A stretch of DNA of 64,000 bases from Balanoglossus misakiensis (Eukaryota > Animalia > Hemichordata): contig CM082598.2 in assembly GCA_040954595.2 (NCBI GenBank), positions 372,001 to 436,000 of the forward strand, in the 5' to 3' direction. The notes beneath the pieces were generated by a model, which had not been told where the DNA came from, searched no databases, and saw only the letters and a program-made list of their open reading frames with translations. This document shows, one piece after another, positions 1 to 14,300 of the stretch. A program made the translations under genes and the position numbers. The stretch's first letter is position 1. Every line of letters starts with the position of its first letter.

Positions 1-237
1 TGAGATGTTACAAGTGAAACATGACCTGAGTTTTTTTACCAGTATTCATGTACAGCTTTATTGTCCATCGAGTGAGACAGTCCACACACTGAAGGTGTCA
101 AGTTAGATCTGTACACAGCACCACAGAAATGAAGAGGGTCTTACAATTGTTCTCTCACATTGTCTCTAATCTTTGCGAAATTCTTCCCTCCAATACACAC
201 ATTGCAAATCTCACTGATGCACTATATTCACTGTATA

Positions 238-403
238 CAGTCAAACTTGTGTTAGTGGCCACCTCTATATACTAGTAGTGACCACTTTGTTACAGTCATT
301 ATGTAATTCACATGTGCATTAATTGACTTGGATAAAGGCCACCTGTCTATAAAGGCCAGTTTAGGAAAGTCCCTTGACTGGAGACTATAGACAGGTTTGA
401 CTG
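238..403. mobile_element. TA-flanked Tc1/mariner-type MITE
   Basis: TA|CAGTCAAACTTGT...ACAGGTTTGACTG|TA terminal inverted repeats with internal GGCCACCT repeats. Confidence 0.8.
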
Positions 404-3400
404 TATTTAATTATAGTATACCAGTAGCACTAGTCTGCGACACTTGCTTGTCCGTTTTTAGCTGTGAACAACAGATTCGGACCAAACCGTGAAAGGTGAT
501 GAATAGGTTAAATAACTCTTAGCATGCATGTGACCTTTGCATATTAACCGAAAGTTGTGTGCATCATCATATACCCACAGGTCAGAAACAGCGTGAAATT
601 CAGCGGATGGGGATCTCACACTGTTTAGATGCTGACACATGAGTAAGGTTCGGTCAAGTAAACATCCCATAATACCCACCCTGTGTTGTTAATTGCTCTG
701 AGCAGACAGCATGCAGTGGTAGGCAACAATTGAACTTGCAATCTCATGGGAAAGTACCATGCTGCGAAGATGATACAACTGGTGTCCTGCCAAGTCAATC
801 ACAGACTTTCTTTGAATGTAACATTAGAGTCAAGGCAGGGTGTACTTTTACAATACAACCCTCGTTGACCGTGACATAGATGTTCAGCCAATAGAGAAAC
901 ATGAACTGTGATTGACTTCGAGGGGATGCTACATACATGGACATTTTTGTCTCAGCAGCAGACGGCTATGAGCTACAAGTTCAATGTGTAATGTAGAGCA
1001 GAGAATTATAGGTAGACTAGATTGGCTGGACTCCATGCAACGCTGTAAAAGCTATATTTCAACTTTGGAAATTTATTTTAAAGTGTGGCATAGTAAATAT
1101 TCGAACTCCCCTAAAATGATGTCAGAGTCATTTTTATTCAGTTTTAGATAGGTATCCATAGAAACCTAAGTGGTGAGTTTGACATATTTTGCCAATTGGG
1201 ATGTACGTGCCAGTTTCATGGTCGGTCAGATTGGCCCCCAGAAAAAGCCGACTTCTATGCTCTGCAACTCAGTCAAGATGAATCCACATACCGTAATACA
1301 GAAAAAATGTTTCAAACTCCTGACAGACACGTGATTAATGAGAACATACTCTCTGGTAGATCTTCGCTGCATACTTTTGTAATGACAAAAACAGGTCACA
1401 GTGCAATGAATCATGAACTGAAAACAGACAGTGTCGTAGATGTGTGTTTAGTTAATAATGATGCTAATTTTGAAGGAGTGATACATGGTTTTAATGTGAT
1501 TAAAGTCATCAGCCCATTTAATTAGCAGTAAATTTATTTGCAATGAACAAACAGAAACTAATCAAATTATGGCCACTACGTATCCAGCTATGGCGAGTAT
1601 TAACATACAGTAATGATTGTCTGGAAAGTATTGCTATTACATGACGAAACCAACAGATGTTGATGAAGTATCTACATTTCAGAAATGAGCATCGACTTTT
1701 CAGACATATACTGCATATGTGTCCAGTTAATTTCCGTTTCTGTATACTACGGAACCATAAAACACAAAAATATGGAAAACTTTGCTGAAGATCTTTGCAG
1801 ATGTAACAGGGAGAAGTGAGGGAATTGAACATAATTAGTGTGTGACATAGGTCTGACCATAGGTATTTAAAGGGCAGCAATTTTTCCCCCACAATCGAGA
1901 TGGATTACTATTCCAAATCCATACTCAGGGAAATCTAAAAACAAAATCAAACAGGATAATTGGCCTCGCTGTATGCTCCGTCTGTCTGAGAATTCTTTGC
2001 TTGAAAGGCTAGATCTCTCTGGTGGCTATAATATGTCTACTGGTGAATTACTTCCATAAACAAAACAACTTGTTTCTTGCAGATTTCCTGCCGAGAAACC
2101 ACAATTACTATTCCAAATTCATACACAGAAAAGCAGAGGGAAAACGGAAACTATCTCAGTGGGGCTCTAAACGGTCTAAGACATGAATTATAAGTAAAAA
2201 AAATGTCAGTCTTTTAAGCCTAAGGAATTATTTGATCTTAGATGCATATAAAGTAATTCTACTGAGAGTACGATAATCCTTATCATGATCAGATAGACAC
2301 AAGATAAGGCCTCAGCATAGTCACATTTTTCCTACTAATGACTCTCTCACTTATAAATAATGTAGATAATTGTTTCTTTGCTTCCTTTAGTGAATAATCT
2401 TGACATGTCGTGTCCTATGCAGGTCTTGCCAAGTTATAAACCCTTTCACCGTGCACCATCTTGGTTTGGTCCAAATCTGTTGTTTTCTATGGTGAATGTT
2501 ATTCGGAGATAAAGAGAATGCGAAAATTAATAGTTGCGGAATTGTCGCTTCTGTTGATATCGTGAAAAATTTCCTGTCGCGAAAATTTCCAGTTTTACAG
2601 TACTCGTAGGATTATTCGTCCCAGATATAGTGCACAGCTATTATTTTACTGAGACTTTCCGTTGAGTATTCAATGTCTACCTTTAACAGTCCACACACAC
2701 TGTAACAGTCACACATTTGATTACTAGTCAAATTAAGTAGTGTGAAATACAACTCGTACTGTGTACCGGGCGAATATCAGCAATACTTAAACTCTCCGAG
2801 TGGCAAGCAAGTCAAAATTAAGACTATCAATCTGATGGATGAGATGAAATCAACAGTCGATTTGTGCGTTTGCCTGCCCCTTTCAAGGAGAATGAAACGA
2901 GGCACTGTGGCGTACGAAAACAGCATGGCTCCGCGATAAATTGTCAATGAAATGGGAAAGTTAGGCAAATGGGCAGAGTATGAAGTCAGTGATCTCAGTC
3001 AGTCCTGTCCATACATACTAATTCATGCAGAAATGGATCCTGGCGAATAACACTGTTCAATTTGTAGATAGTCTGTATTTAAGTCACGCCTGTTAGGAAA
3101 CATAACTAAGGGAGTAAAGCGGATGAAGGCTTTGCCTAACAAAATTAGCTTTTGTGCAGTATTTCATTAGACTGGAACCCTGCACCGCTATAACATACTG
3201 ATTTCACATTACATTGTAGTTAAGGTGCGGTACACAGAATGATAGAAGAATAGCAATAAATTTGATTCTCTGGTTTTTCATCAAATCACTTTCTTCATTT
3301 CTACACTGTTTTAAAACATGGTAGTCTCACATTCCTTTCAGTAAAGGAAAAACACTTTCTCAAACCATGCCTCTTATCAAAGCATGAAAAGTTTAAAGTA

Positions 3401-5238
3401 TACCACTCTCTCGTCTTTCTCAGTTTCATTCAAGTCTTATGTAGTCATGTCTTGAAGGCAAAAACAAAGAAAAGAACAGCATTTTCTTTCCTCCCTGCAG
3501 CGCAAGCTTACTTCTAAGTACTTTTCTGTAAGTACAAACATACCACTGGCAGAGGACATTTTGTACGTTTCTAAGTAAAACAGCCAAGTAGCATCATTGT
3601 TGTGCGTATGGAACACAACGAGGCTAATTTCAGATTTTCCTTCATCTTCAAATAATATAACATCACAGCTTCTCAATCAGAGTTGGCCTTGCGATGAACT
3701 CTTGTTTTTGAGTTGGATCACTTTTTTGTCTAAATAGTGTAGTAGATACATTGTGATCGTCGAATGGACGTGAACACATCACATTGATTTGTGATGCATG
3801 ATTCGCCATCTGCAGACAATGCTCAAAGAAACACCATTTCAAGAGATCAGTAGTATTGGATTGCTCTGTGTATCAAAAAAGGACGGGGTAGATACTGAAA
3901 AGTTCAGGCTTTTGTTCTCTTTTGTATGATATCTTGGTAGAAGAAGAAACCTTGCATTAGTAGGGGTATCTATCCCCTCCGGTGAATACATTCTTGTTCT
4001 GTATTGATAGCAGACATTTACATGTGTGTGTTATCAGTGTCCATGGTTTCAGTGACTAAGTAGACGGCTTTGATAAAACAATGACTGCATCAGCATACAC
4101 TCTGATAATGTGCACAATACTATGTCTGCGTAAGATTTTACATGCGCTGCATCTATGTGGAATGATTTGTCAAAGTGCCATGTTTTTTTTTCTGTCATGA
4201 AGCCAAACTCAGTTGTCGTTGTTGTTATGGGAACATTTTGAATTTTATTTTCGTCAAAAATTCTGAATTCTCATTATAAAATATGCAATATCGTCTTCAC
4301 CATTGCCTTGTAATGTAATCAGCTAAAAACCTGTACTCTTTAGTGACAGTGTTTATCATTTGATGATTAGTAATTCCATTATAGCAATGCATCGTCTCCT
4401 TCACGGTATTATCATCATCATCATGTGTTTTCTTCACGGTTTGAAGCGTATGACCTATCGATGTGCATTAAAATTTCATATTCTAATTATGTAATATGCT
4501 GGACATTTTCAATAGGATAAAGCAAGATTGAGTTTTCAAGAAATATGAAAAATAAATGATCAGAATTGTGCTACTGGAATGAATGTACATGAGTTTCATT
4601 GTATTTGGGAATCCCGATAAAATATAACAGAGAATGGGATAACAGATAATCTGATAATTGCTGGGGGACAGACTGCTGTTGTGTTCATTGATTTCAATAT
4701 GTGATGTTGTTATCTGTGAGTTTGTAATGTTGGATTGTGAGGCCGAGCGTGTGACCTACTTAACCCTTTGAACACCACAATTTTTCTTACTAAAGTGCGG
4801 AACATTTTCCCTTTTTTTATGCGTTTTTCCTATCATTTTTGCTGTAATTTTTGATCAAGTGGACATAATTTTTTAATCATGTCGTTTTAATAGTTTAAAC
4901 GAAAACAGTGCTATCAGGATCGACTTTGATTGCATCAGTGTTGTCTGTATGTGTTTTGCTGTGTGTTTTACCCAGAAGGACTAGACTACAGACATAATAA
5001 TCTGACAGTTCTGTATTCACATATCAATTGCAAACAACATGGCTTGTAAAATCACAGAAAACACCATGAAACTAGTCCTTTCAACATGGATGCAATACTT
5101 GTCGGTAAAACCACAAAAGACTGAAAGTATGAGCTCCCTTTCAATTTGCGGCAGTATCGGTTGCCATCTTCAGGTGATGTCAAGGAGACATCTATCGTCA
5201 CATAGAACTCATCCATGCCATCATACAGAATTCATCCA

Positions 5239-5468
5239 AGGGGTGAACCATTTGATTCGGGGGAGGGGGGGGGGGAGATTGAGGATTTGGGTGTGTCAGC
5301 AAATAGTTGTTTCAGTCACTGTTACAGCAATTTTATTTTGTGATTGCCAGTCCACTTTTTCTCTTAAGGCATTGCAGAAGCAACTTTCCCGCTTCGCAGC
5401 ATCTGCCAACAATTTTTTGTCTTCCGAAAATCCTCCATCCACCCCTAAAAATCAGATGGTTTCCCCCA
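5239..5468. mobile_element. Degenerate MITE-like element
   Basis: Imperfect inverted ends GGGGTGAACCATTTGATT / AATCAGATGGTTTCCCCC with G-rich and C-rich subterminal tracts. Confidence 0.5.
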
Positions 5469-8400
5469 AGCTTGTATCGCTGATGTTCCGTACCATCCAA
5501 CATTGACAGGCACACTCTACTTTTGTCTAGGGGTTGTCAACGGACATTCAATCAAGATCGGAACACCTTTTACGCTCACGTATACACAAAGCACCTGTCA
5601 GTGACACACGAATTTAAACAAGGGATTTTCGCGTTTGATTTCTAAAGCAAAAAACCACTAAGCGTACATCTGACCTTTCAATGCAATGGATTACTGCTTA
5701 ACTTGATTACATATAGTGAAGTGGTCAGCAGAAATTAGATATGGCAGTATAACGCCAAACATTGGGTGCATGAGTAATTCTAGTCTCCCTGGGGAGAACT
5801 TCAACCCTGCCAGCCACTATATACACATGCACTTGTGAATCATTGTATTAAAATCACTTTTTTGGTGTGTAATAGCGTCTGTAAAACGAGGCGAATTCTT
5901 TTATTGGAAGGATGATCTGTCTTGTAACTGATACTGAGATGATTGAAAACAATCAGATGAGAACAACGTTACCATGACTATCATTTCTATTCCATTCAGT
6001 TCAGTAGAAAAGTATATTTTCAGCTGAGATATTCTTTTAAATGAAAAATAATTGATTCCAATATTAAATCGGAATGAAATCCAGTGTATGTTTCAGTAAT
6101 AAAATGTATATGCTTTTGAAATTCACACATTTATATTTGGAATAAGGCGGTTTGGAGTTGAAAGTTCCTCTATTGATCTGAACAAAGTGGCTGTGGATTA
6201 ATATAACATGCAACTAATTGTGTTTGACCTCAATTGGCCGCATCCCCTAACCCAAAGTGAGAGTTTAATCATCTGTTGAACCCCTGACTAAATACAATGT
6301 GCTACAGTAAAGAGTTGATAAATCCGTGAATGTACAAGCTTTTAACAATATCCTGCAAGATGTTCTATTTTGTTTCATTGGTGGCTTCAGTTTTGTTACA
6401 AAGGTGGTCCATTGTCTACAATTTGATACATGTTTTGTGTTTCCAATTAGCTGCCCCATAGTTTGCATTGTGTAGGCATTGAACCCTGGGTACACACACT
6501 TGTCATCGCTCACATGTTACACCATGCATGCGACAGTCCACAACATGCTGCACAGTCACACTTGCATGGACAAATCAGCATTCTCTGTGTTTCTCCACTG
6601 AAGGGAATGGCATTTTATGCGAGGTCATGACCTCTGGAGTGTTGCTAGGTTCGTTGCTGGGGTGACATTTTGAACCGACTACACCTGTGCATGTCTGCTA
6701 ACATTGTAAAACTTGCTGACACAGAAAGATTAGTCAACTGTGTAATAAATTATTCAGTTGAAGAACCTTTTGTGCAAAATTGCGAACATTTTGACTCTTG
6801 ATCCTGAAATAATCTTGTGAACGGCTTTTGATGAAGCATAATCGGGTTTTCGGTGATGAATATGAAAAGAGTGTAGTTCCTTGAGACAGATTGGAATTGT
6901 TAACAGAAATCAAGCTTTGGTGCGAAAGATTGAGTGTTAGTGTATAAAAAGAGGCTGCGAGTTTTGCAGAAATTCTATTAGGACTCAGGTGCTGGAAAGT
7001 GATAATAAGGTGAAAGTGTACTACTGGTACAATGGACATCATTGCAAAGAATGTGCCATTACATTGTATCACATGAATTGTACTATACATCATGGTAAAC
7101 AGTTGTTACTTTTGATCGCATTCCCTTGTCCCTTGTTACTTTGGTTGGCGTGGTCTGCCTATACTTCGGAAACATGTCAATGGCGTGTTAAGAACCAAAA
7201 AGCTGCACAACGTAAAATTCAGATGATCGGTCCTTTATTGAAAGCCAAAATGTTTCTTTGAAGAGTCTCACAGTCACACATCCAAGAAGTCAATACCCGA
7301 TGCCATCTGCTTAGCAAAAGGCCACAGATGATTAACCTGTTTTTAATTATAAGTCAGTCCCATTGATCAAAAGATTTGGCATTCATCTTAATTAATCCCG
7401 TTGATACAGATAAAGAGAAGAGGTCGCAGTCTTAATGTAATCGACAGTGTTCTAGACAGACCGGACTTAGTAGTGTATGTAGGTCACAATCTAGCAAATG
7501 GGGACATCAGGCTTGATTCAGGAAACAGCAAAATGTACTTGATGAAATCTTGGTTTTGCAGATAAATCCATTAAAAGCTCCCTTTCCGTGACATAGTACG
7601 ATAGAATTATCAGCTTATTCTCTATATTCTCTGTATGTACTGCAGTACTCTACAAAATTACATTGTATGTTTCTCGAACAGCTATTTTGGAATACTTCCC
7701 CACACACATTAAAATTGGCTATACCACCCAGATAACAATGCCCCTTTAAAGGAACAAAGTCTAGACTGTAATGAAAATATGGATGTACTGGCTTCAATAG
7801 TTGAAATGTGTACATTTTCTTATAGATCAAAATGTCACATGCACCCATGTTAATCATTGCAGCAGCATATCTCACGGGAATATAATGATAGATATTTCTC
7901 CTAAGTGTGGCATGATTAACATATCTCGCGGGCATGCAGTAAAGAATCTGGTGTCACGACAAGAAATTGTACAAAATAAACGTTGCACGCTGCAACAGAC
8001 TTAATGTATGCCTCTGCGAATACAAGAATGCAAAGATGGGATTTATCAAAAGTATTTCTTTGTGCTGAACAATTTGAAGTTTGTCAGGTGTGGAGTCAGT
8101 TCATCAGCTTGTAAAATCTAGAAATCAGCAGATTTTAAGCAGTTTTGTCGTTCAAATATTAAATGGCACTGATGAAATATTTGTGACACTTTTTATGAAT
8201 GCACAGCATTTCAAGTCATCCACCCAGAAACCATGGGATAAGTTTGGTTTTCACTGTTTCAAATACCAAATTTGGAGATAGATTCAGATGCTTGCATGCA
8301 ACAACGATCATTGATTCTTAGGGGGAAGTGCAAAAAGCAATAAAAGAGAAAGAAAAAAAATTATTGACTCAAAGAATTCAGCATGTTTCAAACATGAATA

Positions 8401-11006
8401 ATTGAGACACAAATGACGTCATGCCTGCTATCCGCTGCCATAGCAACATGGTGATTAAATTTTTGTAGATCGACAAAAAGAAACATCTACTGTGCAATAT
8501 ATCTTCAGTAATATTGCATCTAGCCACCTTAGAGATGATAGTTTATGAACAAAGGCACAAGAAGCTTGCTACACTAAGAATTTATATATTAAAAAAAAAA
8601 ACACAGAAAAATTAAAATGTAACTTTTTTCACGTTACAGACAAGTTTCTGCTTTCTTCATGTACATGCGCATCCACATGTAAACCACCGTTATATCTGAG
8701 AGAATCACCCTACCACAATTATGTCGATAATTGAGGCTGCAATATGACCTGCATACAATGACTTTAAGGGGAAGCTTTCATTTGATATCATGTTACAACT
8801 TGATGGATTGCACAATAGGTTGTATTCTGCTTTAAAGCTGCAAGAGATGTTATATCTTCACCTTCAAATGGGTGCTGGCACAAGTTTTTTGATAACATTC
8901 AGGTTTTGCCTTGAGATAATCGAATATAAATGTCCGGGAATATTCTTATGATTTAGGAACCCCAGTAACACTTCTGCTAATATACCAACGGAGAACCTTG
9001 GCAAAATGACTGGGAAACCCTGGTAAAATTTACACGAAGACATGATGATTTTATTGTAAGGACAAAATAGCCAACCCTCTTGTACATTCTGGTTGGCATT
9101 TTTACTTGGCATGATATCAGGGCAGCTGATTTCTTGTGAAATGAGAAGACTTAGTGATGTTAAGACGTCAATGAGATTAGAGCAAAATTTGATGGTACAA
9201 GGAAAAAAGCTAATAACACCATTCACATCCAATCAGTGTGAAATTTGCTGCATTTGAACGAGGAAATTTGATTTGTTGGTTTGATGTTTGAGGACAATAC
9301 TTTCTGATCGATGCAGAAAATGAAGTTTGTCGAGAAGGATGAGTTAGAGCACAGATCAGATTTTGAAGCGGTGAATACTCTAAATTCAATCTCTGTCTTG
9401 TGGTTTTTTAAATGCAAATCCAAACATGTCCAAAACTTTGTTTAGTTTTCCTTTAAAATCGGAGAAATTGCTGGTCAGGAATCAGTTTTCAACAGTTCTG
9501 TTGTTGATAGGTTCAGACTTAGCTACACTAGGCATGCTTTGGGGTCATGGTAGCATTGCCGTGATTTGCAAATGCAGAAAATATTAACATTATTTGAAAT
9601 GATTAATTGAAAAAAAAAAAACTGACTCCCTGCAGGTGGAAAATATAAAGGTTGCTTAATTGTGTTCATGTTATGTATGCAGTAAATAATAGTTCTAATA
9701 CTGTAATAGTCGCAGAAATATCTCGTCACATAATCATTAATAGTATAACCTCGTTTTAGTGCAACTAATTTATCATGTGACCATTAGACATGAAAATCTC
9801 AATCATACATGGCTATCAGTGTATCTCTGTCAATTGGAGCGGTGTCCCTTTGATCCATAGTCAAGGAAGGTGACAATTTTTTAATAGCATATTTGCAAGG
9901 GCACATTGCTTGTTGGGTAGAAACGCATTGTGATTTCAAACCTGTGATGTTCCTAGTCTGTAATAATACCCTTGAAAGCAGTTTTCCGATGAATTTAAAT
10001 TTCAGAAATTTGAATAATTGATTCTTGATTATGTAAACTGAAAGGTACGGGAACTTGCGCGTTTCAGTTTGCCATCATATTGAAGAAATTTTAGGACTTA
10101 ACATTAAAAAACAGATAAAAGAAGTTTTGCACATAAGCAGTTGTCATAGATATATTGATCATTTATCTGAAACACCAGGTGGCCCTCTTCACATTCATCA
10201 TACCACCGACCATAAATTTTTGGATTAAAGAAATGATGAATAAGAAAGTTATGCATACGTACAGTTTGCAATTTCAGTCTGTGTGACACCAGATGGTTGC
10301 ATTTCAGCCATATTGTTTTAAAACCTTGATTTCATATTTTACTACGTTTATTCGGGTAATTTTCCAGTTTTCAATAATTTGTGTGCCACGCTTATTGCTT
10401 TGTACCTCTCTGCTACCTCCTGTAGAGATAAAAACTGATGGATATCCGTCTTTTGTAAGTATGTCATTAAAACCACTGCAAGCTATCAGGTCATTATCGA
10501 ACACGTCATTTCCCGTAAAAAATGGTCAACCGAGATTCAAAGAAAAAATCCATAATTGAACTCAAGTGTATTGTGCATATTTGCTATAAATATAGACGTG
10601 CATTATTTTACCTGAAAGAAAAATGACATCAAATTAAAATTTTGAAAATTGGAGTAGTTTCGCCCAAAGATCAGCTCAACAAAATGGGAAATCTTCTGGA
10701 ACCTTTTCTGAAATGTTTGTGTAGATCAGCTGTCATGCTGTTTTTTGTGAGAAGATCTGAATTTACCATCATGTGAGATGGATATCAAATTCAAAACAGT
10801 GACTGTGTAGGTATCATTGCACACAGATATGCCTCATTAATTGCAATAACACGTTGACTGAAGAGTTAATACAACTAATTAGTGTGGTGAGTTTATGCCA
10901 GTTGTGTTCATTAGCCTGTCATCTAGTAATTGAAGAATGATGTGGCAAAGTCTAAACTGGTCAAGGTTGGTGTTCACTTCACTATTAAAAGGTTGTGAAT
11001 CATTAA

Positions 11007-11350
11007 AGGGACAAAGTCTCTGTCTCGCTGCCCTTTGTCAAATTATATGTTTGATACAAGACACTGTTTATGTTATTCTACATGTTGATGTATAGTGAAT
11101 CAACGTTCGACCACACACAACTTCCATCCCACTTGTAGACACGAGAGTGAAAAAACTCGCCAAAATGAATAATCAGTCTCTACTGTTTATTCAATTTGGC
11201 GAGATTTTTACTCTCATATCCTACAAACGGGATGGAAGTTGTGCGTGGTCAAATGCTGATTCACTATATATCCACATGTAGAATAACATAAAACGGTGTC
11301 TTGTATCAAACATAATGGAAAAAGGGCAGGGAGAGATAGACTTTGTCCGT
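11007..11350. mobile_element. Full-length TTAA-flanked fold-back MITE (Kolobok-like termini)
   Basis: TTAA|AGGGACAAAGTCT...AGACTTTGTCCGT|TTAA with ~165-bp imperfect inverted arms. TTAA TSD with purine-purine 5' ends is the Kolobok pattern. Four more partial copies in the window. Confidence 0.8.
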
Positions 11351-14300
11351 TTAAAACTTAGGCCTGTGTTTGACCAATGCAAATTGTCAAATGTGAACCC
11401 CACTAAAGTCTGATTAAAGAAAATCTCTGGGGACTATACTCAGCCAGCTGCTTAACTGCCACAAATTACTCTGTATCCTTCAGAAGTCACCTGGGAGGGT
11501 GACAGACTAGATGCGGACATATTTGAACTTTTTAATTCATCTCTAGATATTCAATAAAGTTTTACACTTTTGCCTGTTGCAGATGATCAAATATTTCAAT
11601 TAGCATGGGTACGATACATATCATGTGCGTCAGAAATTTGTGAAGTTCTTCTTGAATCTTGAATAGGTATAAATATGACTGGATTATCATAGAATGAGTC
11701 ATGAATATGTTGATGGACATCTTGTCAAAGAAACATTGATACAGATATACTAGAGACAATGATCTGTTGTGTGATTACCTCAGGCAGATTGGCCGAGAAA
11801 GTGCGACCATAATATGGCATGTGAGAAAGATATTCTATGGCAAATTCTTGATTGTCCACAGACATGGACTGCCTTCTCTACAATTGACAGGGATATTTGT
11901 GCATTTGCCTTGCCATGACCCTTAATTAATAATTAATATGCAATTTGATGAGATGTGATGATCTCTTTGATGGCCATGATGAAAATAGCAGTGTTATGGA
12001 TTTGACTTGTATGTTAGGCTGGCTGCATATGTGTCACGAAGGGTATAATTTGGACAGAAAATTAGGATCAGAAACAATATATTAATATCAGGGTATCGAG
12101 GTAGAATGATGATAAAACACCCAGAAAGCCACTCCTCAGATAATTGTCTTGGTGAAAGCAGAAAAGAGTTGTCACTAGGATGAAACTTAGATGCTTACTT
12201 GATATGAATCTCACTCTGCTGGGACGTATTTGACTCTCTTAAAGCTTTACATCAGAAACCTACTTGGTTTTGCTTTTAATTACTTGCATGATCATCATAG
12301 CTATACATGGACTGGGTGTCTAATGATTTCTTTCAAACTGACCAACAGTTTGGGATACATAAATCAACTGACATAAAAGTCAAATTCTGTTGCCAGATTT
12401 GGCATCAGAAAGAACCAGCTGGGTCCAAAATAATCGCAAAGCAAAGAAATTTAACCCTTGTGCAAAAATCAGGAAATAATACCAAAATACCCAAGCATCT
12501 GCAATTTGTGTGTGCGAATTCATTGCCTGTTGCAAATATGAGGGTCATATTACAGTTCGCTGTGCAACCTTCATTATGAAAGTAAGGCAGTAATAAGCTC
12601 TAGTTATATCTCTACCAGTATTAAACTGTAATAAGCTTATTCTAATTTTAACGAGCCATTAGGCTTTAGGAAATCAGTTGTCTGCATAATGACAAGTACA
12701 GGGTACGTTGCAGGAGATTTCCTGATATAGATTCACAATCCTCGCAACCCTGAATATCAGTTTTCACAGACGTCATGGGAAAATTCTTGCTCAGGGCAGA
12801 TTTTCTGGAAAATTAAGGTAATACGTGCCTCAGGGAGAGACTTACAGAAAAATGAAAGTCCTTCAAACCTTTGAATTCTTTATTGCTATAAGCATGTGGG
12901 GGTCTTTTTGAGAATAAAGAACAAAACTGACTGTTAACCATCTTGTTTTGATGAAAATTATTATTTAAAATATTCTCCATAGACTTTAAATACAGAAATT
13001 GGCAGCCATTTTAAATTTGAGACAATATGCTGGATGTCTGATTGCCGTTACATAGCTTTGATCCTTAGAAGTATTCCATCATGATAATAACTATCCATGT
13101 TTTTGCTTCCACCAATCCCTTAACCAAGTTCTTTTGATTATTGGCATTTAATGTCACAGTGTTGCAGTTGCTGTCATTAAAGTGATGGCTGTCATATCTA
13201 ATTTTTGAAGTTTAAAGCAAGAACGTAAAACAAATTAACATTTGCCAATAACATGTATATATCTGCACATTGTACCCGACAGCTTCAGCGCCATTAATAC
13301 CAAACACAAAAATAAATTTTTATGTCTTGATCAATAAAGTTCTTTTTATAGCAAGTCATCTGTCTAGTTTTATTATGTACAGACACGTTTCTGTGACCAG
13401 AAATTTCAATATGTACATGTGCAGTAAATGTCAAATTTAGGTTGGTTGCTTAATTCTGCTAAAAACGAGTGAATTTGGTAAATTAGTAGAAATCAAGCAC
13501 TTTACTTGTAAGCAAGTAATATGTCAGTGCTGTTTGAATGATATAATTTATGTGATTTAGATGTATTCTATATTGAAACTTGTCAAGAGTGCGTCACTGT
13601 AAGTATGTCCTCCATAGTGTAGTTGATGGATTTGATGAATACGATTGCATGTGTAAGATGTCCAAGTATAATGAACCCTGCCTTGCGTGTGTCACTGTAA
13701 GTGTGTCAAAAGTTGCCTTTGATGGATTGCATGAATATGGTTACTTGTCTAGGACTTTGTCGGTAAGAATAGGCAACTGACATCGTCATAGAAACGCAAG
13801 TATTTAAGAGAGCACTCATTGACCTGGGTCAGCTGTCATTTTTATTGAAATCCATAGATTTGAGTCATCTTGGTTGAGGCAAAAATGAAGAGAACTGTGA
13901 GTTGAAATAAAACACTACAATGAATGTGTTTAATGGCCTGTCCAGCATACTGTATACTTGTTAGATGGCTTATTATGGAAGAGAGAAAGATAAATGGCAT
14001 TAGAATGATATTGTAGCACCTACAGGAGACATGTGGTGAATATATAGACATCCAGGTTTGTCAGGTATGATAATATGGGACAATACACGCAGTCCAAAAA
14101 CAGGAATCTGATATAGACCCAAGGCTATGAAGCTATATGATATACTTCACATGGATAAAAGTACCAAGTAGTTACAAAAAGTAGGAGGATGTTTCACCAA
14201 TTTACTCTAATCTTCACCATGATAGTTTTGATATACCCCAGGGGATCAACCGATGTAAAGAAACAAGGTATCCCTGGTATATTCATCAGCTTGCATCTAC

